Part shown: in pieces, positions 10,141-19,949 of the stretch
Position numbering within the stretch: position 1 is the stretch's first letter
How the letters are laid out: every line of letters begins with the position of its first letter
NCBI RefSeq assembly: GCF_001194135.2
Contig: NC_068984.1
Span: 146,233,829-146,297,828, forward strand
Length of the DNA stretch: 64,000 nt
Direction: 5' to 3'
From: Octopus bimaculoides
Lineage: Eukaryota
Program-made: the position numbers and the translations under genes
The notes under the pieces: generated by a model
What the model was told of the DNA's origin: nothing
What the model saw: the letters and a program-made list of their open reading frames with translations, nothing else
Databases searched by the model: none

Positions 10141-10192
10141 CATGCCTGAAGACCGACCCTGTGTACCTACAGACGAAACTCAGGGTAGCAAG
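10141..10192 (+). ncRNA. Hammerhead-like motif with defective stem II
   Basis: catgc-CTGAAGA(10146-52)-ccgacc ctgtg tacc tacag ac-GAAAC(10175-79)-tcagg-GTA(10185-87)-gcaag. Stem I pairs at 4/5 positions, the tcagg loop is shared with the 5771-5717 motif, and stem II is not closed next to the core. Confidence 0.4.
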
Positions 10193-10217
10193 ATACACAC
10201 AGTCAGTCAGTCAGTCA

Positions 10218-10287
<70 letters not shown>

Positions 10288-11037
10288 TATACAATTCGAA
10301 ATTATTAAGATTTTTATGAGTCACTCACTACTCAAAGTTTCTCCAGCGACTTTAAACAACACAGGTTCAGCTTTCAATAAATATCCCACTCATCCCAAAG
10401 TATTGAGTACAACCATTCGATTAGTTACCATTTGACACCTCTGTGACTACCATCCAATCTAAAATACGAGTCCACTTTGTTGAGTCATCTCTCTACAAGA
10501 TGCGAGTTTAAGAGTCAATTAAGAAAGGACCACAAATGTATGTAGACATGACACAGTAACTGTTGTATATTACTGTATAAAATAACAGGGACGTGAAATA
10601 TAATCCCACTAACACCTTTAATGTATATATGAAGCCTTGTCTCTATGCAAGAAACTTAGTTTTAAATATATTTCTGTTATAACAATTACCATGAATAGGC
10701 AACACATGGACGAGAGACTGCATTGTGTGTTAAGAAATATTTGAATTTAGAAGAAAATAGGATATATTTGAATATATATATTAGTTATTGTATGGGGTGG
10801 AATTTGAATATAAGGAAAGGAGAAAAAAACGCTTGTGGAGAAAAAAAAATTAAAAGGAAAAACTGTTGAGGAGAAAAAACGAAAGAGATTATTTATACTT
10901 TATAACTGCAGTAACCGTTTCCCTGCGTATATGTTTATACACACACACACACACGTGTGTGTGTGTGTATATATATATATACTTATAAAAATATATTGTA
11001 TAACAGACCTGTGTGTGTGTGTGTATACACACGTATA

Positions 11038-11075
<38 letters not shown>

Positions 11076-11559
11076 CTTCGTTTTCATGTTTATATATATA
11101 TATCCCTATGTACATACGTGCATGTATGTGTATATATATCCATGTACATATGTAATGTGTGTATATAACGGTATGAACATATATTCCAAAACAAAAAAAA
11201 AACAAAAAACGAAAGGAAAATTACTGCTAAACAGATTAATAGTACACAAGTTGTTATGAAGATTAGCAACAATAACAATGACATTAAACAACACAATTAA
11301 GAAACAATTTAGTATTTCAAAGATAAAAACCATCTGTTTTTGGTCTTCCTATTAAGAAAACCGAATGAAAAATCGTAATACAAACCTAATTAGTTGTGTC
11401 TATTTTACAAAATGTTTATAAATACATGTATATATTCCCCTTTTCACTGTTTTTCACACAGGTCTATATATATAAAATATTAGATGTACATATATGTTCT
11501 TTGTGTATGTCTAAACATTTTGTAGTAATCTTCACACACACAACTCTCTAAACACTAAC

Positions 11560-12260
11560 GCTCTCTCTCTCTCCTTCTCTATAAATATTTCAATTAATCT
11601 TCCTTTCTCACTCTCTCTCTCTGTTTCAATTCCCTCTCTCTATCTCTCACTTCCTTTACACACACACTCACTCACTCTCTATCTCTCACTTCCTTTACAC
11701 ACACACTCTCTCTCTCTCTGTTATTTTATATATATATATATCACAATTCCCTCACACTCTTTCTCTCTCAGATAGATGTGTATATCTCAATTCTCACCCC
11801 CTCTCTCACTCTTTATATATATTTCTATTTCCGTACATTTTCACTCTGCGAATATCTCTTTAATGCCTCACACTCTCCCTCTCTCATTCTATCTATATTT
11901 TAATTCTCTCTCACTCACTTCCCCTTATTCTATGTATATTTCAATTCCCTCACACTCTTTCATTGCTTCACCCATCCCCTCTCGTTCATACATATACACA
12001 CCATTTCTCTCTCCCCCTCTCGTTCATTTATTTCCATACCATTTCTCTCTCCCCCTCTCGTTCATTTATTTCCATACCATTTCTCTCTCCCCCTCTCTCT
12101 CTATCTATCTACCTATCTTTTATTTATCGGTATTGCTCAATCCAGCCTCATTTTCAAGGAACAGGAATGGATTAGTCACCACTGTATTTCTCTTTCTCTC
12201 TCTCTCTTCGCCTCTTACTCTTTACCTCTCACTCCCCCCACTCTCTCTTCGCCATTCACG
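11560..12260. repeat. CT-rich low-complexity tract with embedded tandem units
   Basis: 38-bp unit ccatttctctctccccctctcgttcatttatttccata at 12001-12038 and 12039-12076, partial to ~12097; a ~36-bp duplicated unit near 11635-11710. Confidence 0.9.
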
Positions 12261-12264
12261 CCTT

Positions 12265-12680
12265 CTTTCACGCAGGTAAAAATCGTACGCAACGTGGGGT
12301 GTTTCTATTTGGAAGTTCTAGAAATAGCAGTCATATCTCCCTCAAATCATACCCTAACATCTTAAAAAGAATGAGGCACATAAGACAACCTAGTCCTAGA
12401 TACACCTAAAAAGACGAGAGTCACGGCTGGAATACCTTTCCCCCATTCTTTGTCTCTTACGCAGGTAAAAACATAACGAGCTGTGCCCCTGCAAGGTCGC
12501 TCGAAACTTCTAGAAATGGCAGTCAAATCGTGCTCAAATCACAGGCTAAGGTTTTAGAAACTAAAGGTTACATTACACAATGTAGCCCTTGGTGCTCTTT
12601 AAAAGATGGGATGATCAAGGCTGGAATACTTTGGATCATGTATCCGTTGTCGTAAAGGTTGACCTGGGGCTAAATAAGAA
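12265..12680 (+). mobile_element. Two diverged tandem copies of a SINE-like repeat (ctagaaatagcagtca...ggctggaatac...gacctggggctaaa)
   Basis: Both copies begin acgcaggtaaaaa and share ctagaaat(a/g)gcagtca and ggctggaatac. Related pieces lie at ~8040-8430 and ~34130-34200. Confidence 0.55.
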
Positions 12681-12774
12681 CCGACCTCATGCGGATACAA
12701 TTATCGATTAGTACAGACTGACTCCGATGACAACAACTTGTTTATTCCAACGAAAACTGGGCTGCAATCATACA

Positions 12775-13185
12775 TTTTTTACTTGTTTCAGTCATTTGAG
12801 TGTGGCCATGCTGGGGCAACTACTTCAGAAGGGTTTAGTCGAACAAATCGACCCCAGGATTTATCTTTTAAACCCAGTTATTTTCTTCTGCAGAACCGCT
12901 AAGTTACGGGTATGTAAACAAACCAACACTGAGTGTCAAGTGGTAGGACAAACGCACACACACACATAATATCGTATTTCGTTTTTGTCTTGGGATGGTC
13001 ATTGCACCAATAAACAGCAGCACACACATCAGTGCTTGGGGCTTCTTTCAGTTTCCGTTTAGCAAATCCATTATTGAGTCTTTGGCCAGCCCGGGGCTAA
13101 AGTAGAAGACATTTGCAGAATTCCATGTAGTGGGACTGAACTCATGACCACAGGGCTGGGAAGCAAGTCTCCGAATTACACGGCC
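12775..13185 (-). mobile_element. tRNA-headed SINE, near full length
   Basis: Reverse complement of the family at 49611-50012 (cttgtttcagtcatt...gaaccgctaagttacggg...gggactgaactcatgaccacag). Confidence 0.75.
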
Positions 13186-13192
13186 ATTATAT

Positions 13193-13885
13193 GTCATCAT
13201 CATCGTTTAACGTCCGTTTTCCATGCTGGCATGGGTTGGACGGTTTGACTGAGGACTGGCAAGCTAGTAGGCTGCAATCTGATCTGGTAAGGCTTCTACA
13301 GCTGGATGCCCTTCCTAACGCCAACCACTCCAAGAGTGCAGTGGGTGCTTTTTACATCCCACTAGCACAAGAGCCAGTCACACTCAAATGCTGCTTTTTA
13401 CGTGTCACTGGCACAGTTGGGGGTGCACTAGTATCAACCACGTTCCGATGGTGGTTTTTACAGGGAGTCAGTCAGGCAACGCTGGCATCGACCATGTTCG
13501 GATAGTGCCTTTTAGGTGCCACCGGCATGGGGAGCTAGTTAGGCAGCATTGGCATCGGCCACAACTACACATCATCATCATCATCGTTTAACGTCCGCTT
13601 TCCATGCTAGCATGGGTTGGACGATTTGACTGAAGACTGGTGAAACCGGATTGCAACACCAGGCTCCAATCTAATTTGGCAGAGTTTCTACAGCTGGATG
13701 CCCTTCCTAACGCCAACCACTGAGAGAGTGTAGTGGGTGCTTTTACGTGTCACCCGCACGAAGGCCAGTCAGGCGGTACTGGCAACGGCCACGCTCGAAA
13801 TGGTGTCTTTTATGTGCCACCCGCACAAAAGCCAGTCCAGGGGCACTGGCAACGATCTCACTTGGCTTGCCGGGTCTTCTCACGC
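13193..13885 (-). mobile_element. Two adjacent RTE-type 3' UTR copies with internal subunit repeats
   Basis: Two catcatcgtttaacgtccg tails (~13195 and ~13575), each followed by ctacagctggatgcccttcctaacgccaaccact and repeated ggtgcttttac(g/a)tg units. Confidence 0.9.
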
Positions 13886-14654
13886 ACAGCACATATATAT
13901 TGTTGTCGTCGTTTAACGTCCGCTTTATATATATATATAAGTGGTCCATACGTCAGTAATATGTCTGCCAGTCTGTCACAGATTCCATCGATCCAGAATT
14001 ACAAGAGAAGGAATATGTGCAAAGAGCAAATACTGTGGTGCCATGCAACGATACTTGGACCAAATCTATTGACAATCTATTTACTGGTTACTTAGCATCA
14101 ATCACACAAAGAGAATGTTTCCACGGCATTCATCAGATATCCCTATCTTTTACTGGCTTTATTAGATTATGGCCATACTGGGGCAATACCATGAAGAATT
14201 TTTAGTCAAATGAATCAATCCCAGTAATTATTTTTTCTTTTAAGTCAAGTACCAAAATTTGAAATCAGAATTATTTCAACTTATATTTATTTATTTCTCA
14301 TGTAAGAATTAGAAAGTGTTATTATTCTTGTAGGATTTTACAGAATATACAACCAAACATGAGGAATGTAATATTGTTTACAGACTCGCAGACAACCTCT
14401 GGTAACAGGCCTCTGTCACAAGTTGGTCCCATCTGCTGCTGGTGGAGGTAGTTGTGTATTTTTTACCTTGGGTTGAATCTTCACCCTTTTCTTCCAGACA
14501 AAATCCAATCTTTAATCAAACCCCTTCACCAATTTTGAGTTTATCCCATATCAGCCCTGATTGTGAAGAACTAGTGATCAAAAGCAATTTAGTCATGGCA
14601 ATCCTGTTTTTTATTGAAGCATAAATGTAAGACTACATTCTTTCATGTGTCCCG

Positions 14655-14965
14655 TCATCATCGTTTAACGTCCGTTTTCCATTCTGGCATGGGTTGGATG
14701 GTTCGACTGGGGTCTGGGAAGCCAGGAGGCTGCACCAAGCTCCAGTGTGATCTGGCAGTGTTTCTACAGCTGGATGCCCTTCCTAACACCAACCACTCCA
14801 AGAGTGTAGTGGGTGCTTTTTATGTGCCACCAGCACAGGAGCGAGAGGGGGCTGGCAACAAGCATGATCAGTTGGTGCTTTTTACGTGCCACCAGCACAG
14901 AAACCAGTCAAGGCAGCGCTGGCATCAGCCACGTTCGGATGGTGCTTTTTACATGCCACCAGCAG
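14655..14965 (-). mobile_element. RTE-type 3' UTR copy
   Basis: catcatcgtttaacgtccgttttcc tail, gatgcccttcctaacaccaacc and three ggtgcttttt subunits. Confidence 0.85.
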
Positions 14966-15789
14966 AGGGATCACAGCTACAATTTCCATTTGATTTTGAA
15001 GAACTGGACTCAATATCTCTCCTCAAGCCCTGCATCTCGCCATACGATCCAAGGTACAGCAATGATTTGACAGATTCTTACAGACCTACAGAGGTGGGCC
15101 TCCCACTCCTGACTCGCTTTCCTCATTACTTAAAAAAGAAGAAAAATGAATATTTTTAATGAAATTTTCTACAAATACCTTTCAGATGGTATAGATTACA
15201 ATTATATTAGAATTTAATATGGAAAGAAAATAAATAAATTTCATGTTTTTTTTTGTTTTTTTCAAAATTTCAAGTTTCACTTCATAGATAACATAAATAT
15301 AAAATGTGTCAATATGTAGACGCCCACCACCAATTTTTTAATCTTTTCCTATCTTTTTTTAAAATGAAATTCTTCTAATATGATTGTAATCTACACCATC
15401 TGAAAAGTATTTATAAGGAAATGTCATTAAAAACACCCATTTTTCAAAAAAAGTGATGAGGGAACAAATCCTCAGAGTGGGGATGGGGAACACTTGTGTC
15501 ATGGTTGTTATTTTGAGCAAGGGGTACAGTTTCAAAGATACTTCTCTGTCAGCTGACACTTGAGATAATGTTTGTATTTGATGAATTTTTGTAATTCAAA
15601 ACCTGGAAAACCACATTGGTCTGCACGTGATTTCTGTCAGTGAAACTACAGCTAAATGCTGAAGTCCATGCACAGTTGTAGTATGGTGGTGACATTAAGA
15701 AGCTGAGTAAAAATAGTTTGTTTGGTGAATAAAGGAAGATAAATGTTAACAGAGATTTCAAGAGGTTGGCACATGGCTACGCTTCTCTC

Positions 15790-16010
15790 AACACGATTTG
15801 GGTGGATGGTTAGAAAGTTCAGCTGGCAGCCAAGAGGTCTTGGGTTCAATCCCACTGGCCAAGCATCTACTACTACAGCCCTGGCCCAACCAATGCCTTG
15901 TGAGTGAATCTAGTAGACAGAAACTGTGTGGAAGCCTGTATTGTGTGTGTTTGTCCCCACTACCACTTGTCAACTGGTGTGGGTTTGTTTACATCCCCAT
16001 AACTTTTTTT
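15790..16010 (+). mobile_element. tRNA-headed SINE (partial)
   Basis: tgggttcaatcccactgg...ctactactacagccctggcccaaccaatgccttgtgagtgaatc...gtttgtccccactaccacttgtcaac. Confidence 0.7.
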
Positions 16011-16149
16011 TTTAATTCCAAGTACGTAAGTGACCGCATGGGCATAAGCCCCACACACGTGTCAAGTTCCATCAAGGTCTGTTGGATAGTCTTGGAGGAG
16101 TTAAAGTAACAAACACACAAACTTGCCATTTATTATTATATATATACAC

Positions 16150-16437
16150 ACAATCATCATCATCATTTAATGTCCGCTTTCCATGCTGGCATGGGTCGGA
16201 CAGTTTACTGAGGACTGGCAAGCCAGGAGGCTGCACCAGGCTCCAATCTGGTCTGGCAAGGTTTCTACAGCTGAATGCCCTTCCTAATACCAACCACTCC
16301 AAGAGTGTAGTGGGTGCTCACTGGCACAGGAGCCAGTCAGGTGGACCTGGCATCAATCATGTTCGGATGATGCTTTTTTACATGCCACCAGCACAGGAGC
16401 CAGTCGGCGGGGCTGGCATCGGCCACGTTCAGATGGT
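16150..16437 (-). mobile_element. RTE-type 3' UTR copy
   Basis: Same family and motifs as 13193-13885. Confidence 0.85.
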
Positions 16438-16459
16438 ATTACACACACACACACACAGA

Positions 16460-16571
16460 CAGTAGTTTACAGACGCCTCTGATCAGGAATAAATCATGCT
16501 TTATGTATATAAATATACATAAAGCACGATTTATTCCTGATCAGAGTGGTTTGAAAAGCAAGGTTCTACCG
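16460..16571. mobile_element. Tigger/pogo-like foldback MITE
   Basis: cagtag...ctaccg|ta termini. The internal arms 16477-16509 and 16514-16546 pair over 33 bp with one mismatch. It shares gcctctgatca and the termini with 54470-54554. Confidence 0.75.
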
Positions 16572-16899
16572 TATACACACACACACATATATATATCTTC
16601 TGTCTTGTACTTGTTTCAGTCATTGGACTGCAGCCATGCCAGAGCACTGCCTTGAAGTGTCTTTAGTCTAATGAATCCATCCCAGTACATTTCTTTTTTA
16701 AGCCTGGTACTTATTCTATCAGCCTCTTTTGCTGAAGCACCAAGCTACAGGGATGTAAACAAACCAACACTGGTTGTCAAGCAGGGGACAATCACAGACA
16801 CACATATTATATATGTGTGTGTGTGTGTATGTGTGAAGTATGGAGTGTGCAAGAGAGAAGACTGCACTGGTATGGTCATGCGATGTTCATGAATGAAAA

Positions 16900-17519
16900 C
16901 AACAGCATCAAGAAGTTCTGGTCTCTAATTGTGGAAGGAACCTGCAGAAGAGGTGGGATGAGGTGGTGAAATATAACCATTGGATGTTGAGTCTGATGGA
17001 AGTGATGGCAAGTGATTGAAGACTTTTGGTGATTTGTTGTGCTTGAGAAGACATGTTAAGCTTAGTGGAATTGTAGTTGTGGCAAGTGCCGGTGACATGT
17101 AAAAGGCACCTGGTACACTCTTTGGAGTGGTTGGCATTAGGAAGAGCATCCAACCATAGAAAACAAGCCAAAACACGTAAAAAGCACCATTTGAGCGCGA
17201 TCGTTTCCAGGTTCGCCTTACTGGCACTTGTGCCAGTGGCATGTGAACAAAACATTGGACTGACTCCTGTGCAGGTGACACGTAAAAAACACCAGTTGAG
17301 CGTGGCTGTTGCCAGTACTGCCGGACTGGCCCTTGTGCCGGTGACACGTAAAAGGCACCCACTACACTCTCGGAGTGGTTGGCATTAGGAAGGGTATCCA
17401 GCTGTAGAAACTCTGCCAGATCAGATTGGAGCCTGGTGTAGCCATCTGGTTCGCCAGTCCCCAGTCAAATTGTCCAAGCCATGCTAGCATGGAAAGCGGA
17501 CGTTAAATGATGATGATGA
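16900..17519 (+). mobile_element. 5'-truncated RTE LINE: decayed ORF2 C-terminus plus 3' UTR and (GAT)n tail
   Basis: Translation NCGRNLQKRWDEVVKYNHWMLSLMEVMASD* matches the RTE C-terminal pattern (GRGRPRKTWDEVVK.DL..LGL...M..DR). It is followed by ~5 cacgtaaaaa(g)cacc subunits and the tail. This links the abundant 'gat-tail' repeat to an RTE LINE. Confidence 0.85.
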
Positions 17520-18399
17520 CACAATGGGCTTCGACACAATTTCCATCAATAAAATTCTCTCATAAGGCATTGGTTGGCCTGAGGCTATAATACAAGACTC
17601 CTGCCCAAGATACTGCACAGTGGGACTGAACCTGAAACCTCATGGTTGAAAAGCAAACTTCTTAACCATACAGCCATGTCTGTGTGGTAGGTTCGAATAG
17701 AGTGAAGGGTGACATTATCTAAGACAAGTCTTTATTCACAAGTGACAACAACTGCTTCCAACATGCAATGTTCCTATGTCAGTCTACAATCACAACATTT
17801 ATAAATAGAATCTAGACAACCATTCACAGCTTGAGGACGTATTTCTGCCATTTGTTTATCAATATTTGTGTGATTATTTATCTGACCTTCATTAAGTTTA
17901 CCCTGAAGAATAACAAATGTATTATTTATTACCTGCTTCTGGTTTATCATTTTATCATCTCCACTGATACCAAACTGGAACTGCAGCTTCACAAGCCATT
18001 AATAACGTCTATTGTATTAGTCTGCTTATTAAGAGCAAACCAACTAAAGTCTTCCTGAGTGTGGTGCTTATTTGGCGACTCAGAAGCCTGTGGTTCAAAT
18101 CTGCTTTTAAATCTATTTTGACATCTGTGACTATCCCTTCAACAAATCCATTTGGATCAGGATGGCATCAACAGGTTTTCCAAGGTCTGCATCCCACAAT
18201 AATATTAACCCTTTTGTTACCATATTTCTGTTGAGATACACTGCTTTTGTTTCAATTTAATTTGGAAATAACAAATTTAGAAGAATAAGTTGTTGTTTGG
18301 AACGTAAATAAACATGAAATTCGTATCACAGTACTAGGAATGGTTTCATGCAGGAAGTATCAAAAAAGTTAAACTTATTGATACAGAAGCAACTTGAGA

Positions 18400-18960
18400 A
18401 TCCAGTCATCTTTCATGCTTACACTATGAAGATACAAGAGCTAGTACTGATGCTGGACAGTGCAACTAATCTCTTCAATATTCTATCTAGGAAGCATATT
18501 GCAGGCTGACATTTTGGTTTCTTATATCAATGACAGAAAGGCAATTATGTCATCCATCAACTAAGAACCTGGAAGCTGTCATAAAGGTAACATTATAAGA
18601 AACAAATATACTGTAGCAACAGGTGAATCTATGTTGTATGGCTGTGACGCATGGGACACTCATATAAACGTCAGGAAAAACAATGAAATGGAATGTGCAC
18701 CTACATGTTGGCTCTTAAAATCATTTGGTAAAAACATCAAGTCTAAGATTGGTGATGTGAGTATTCCAACTGAAAAGATAAACAAAGAGACAAAGACTGC
18801 AACTGGCAGATTACTGTTTGAGGAGACATCTTGAAGAACCCCTCAAATCTATGTTGCGAAAGCCAATAGATGAAGTGAAGGGGACAAACGATCAACTTCA
18901 TTGATATTAGCTTGAAAGAAACTGCACTGGAAATACAATCAATGATGATGGCTTCAAACA
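18400..18960 (+). pseudogene. Ancient decayed RTE-clade LINE ORF2 3' region
   Basis: Frameshifted motifs VATGESMLYGCDAW, RLQLADYCLRRHLEEPLKSMLRKP and GQTINFIDISLKETALE match RTE consensus ATVESILLYGCE.W / RLRLAGHC.RH.EE / GRP..TFID. Confidence 0.7.
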
Positions 18961-19949
18961 GCCAAAAAAGGAAAATATATTTCTTTGGTTCCATCTGATG
19001 AGATGATGAAAGTGGACATCCAGAATATCGCTTCTGTTCAGTTGCGTATTTGGCATCAAATATTGTTCCTGGTGAATTTTCTTATTGCTATAATTTGAAT
19101 TGTTAAATGTTCCTGAAAATATGATGATCACCGAATTTTATTCGTCCTCAATCCTATAAAATCAAATCATTTAATCAATCAAGAAAACAAAAATTACAGT
19201 CACACCCAAGTGTCTTGTCGAAATAGATGCACTGATCACAAAGTCTTGCTTTGGGGTGGGGGCGCCCAGGATTAAATGTTTTATCTTGATATTATGCTCA
19301 GGCAATATTCAAGTGGGATCAGCTTTGTCTTGTTTAACTTGAAGATTGATAAAATGGACAAGAAGTTGTTTCAATTGACCACATTAACACCAGTGAAAAT
19401 TGCTGTGCTAATTCAAAAGAGATTTCATGTGGCCAGCAGAGTTAAGGGCAGAGAAAAGTTGGAATTATCAGCCAATCGGAACACAGGTGAAGAGGAGCAA
19501 ACAAGTTGTAATAAAGGGAGTTGCACTTTACCTTTCAACTTTCTAAAGTCATTGAAACAAGCACCAACTCAATCAACCGTGTCCTTCCTGATGGCCTCGG
19601 GTCAATATAATTCATGAGAATTATGAACTACGACGGATTAGCAGAAACAGAATAATGAATCAAATGATTGCAGTATTTTTATTTGGTTACGTTCCAAGCT
19701 CAAACCTTACCTTTCAATCTAAACAGGAAGTTAGTTCTATGCTGGACTCAGTCGACAAGGCAACTTCTTCGGAACTGTGACCATGCGTTGTCAGGGTACA
19801 AAAAAAAAAAAAATCATGGGCCTATGGAATGTCTGCTCCATATTTCTGGCAAATAATATGTATTACCTGTTTGGATTTACGTTAACTGCTTCACTTTGGC
19901 CATAGATTCCAGAGCAAATGTTGAATGCAAGTACAGATTTCTTTCAACT

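Noticed and set aside
12001-12097. CRISPR-like direct repeats
   Set aside because: The 38-bp units are head-to-tail with no spacers, in eukaryotic DNA with no cas genes; the same applies to the RTE UTR subunits and 60066-60119.
11776-12279. 167-aa ORF
   Set aside because: Translation of the CT-rich tandem tract; composition artefact.
14095-14145. Minus-strand CTGATGA-atgccgtg-GAAAC hammerhead-like string
   Set aside because: No stem II, the cleavage position would be G, and stem I is absent.
19276-19617. 113-aa ORF
   Set aside because: No recognisable domain, no supporting splice structure, and a length expected by chance.
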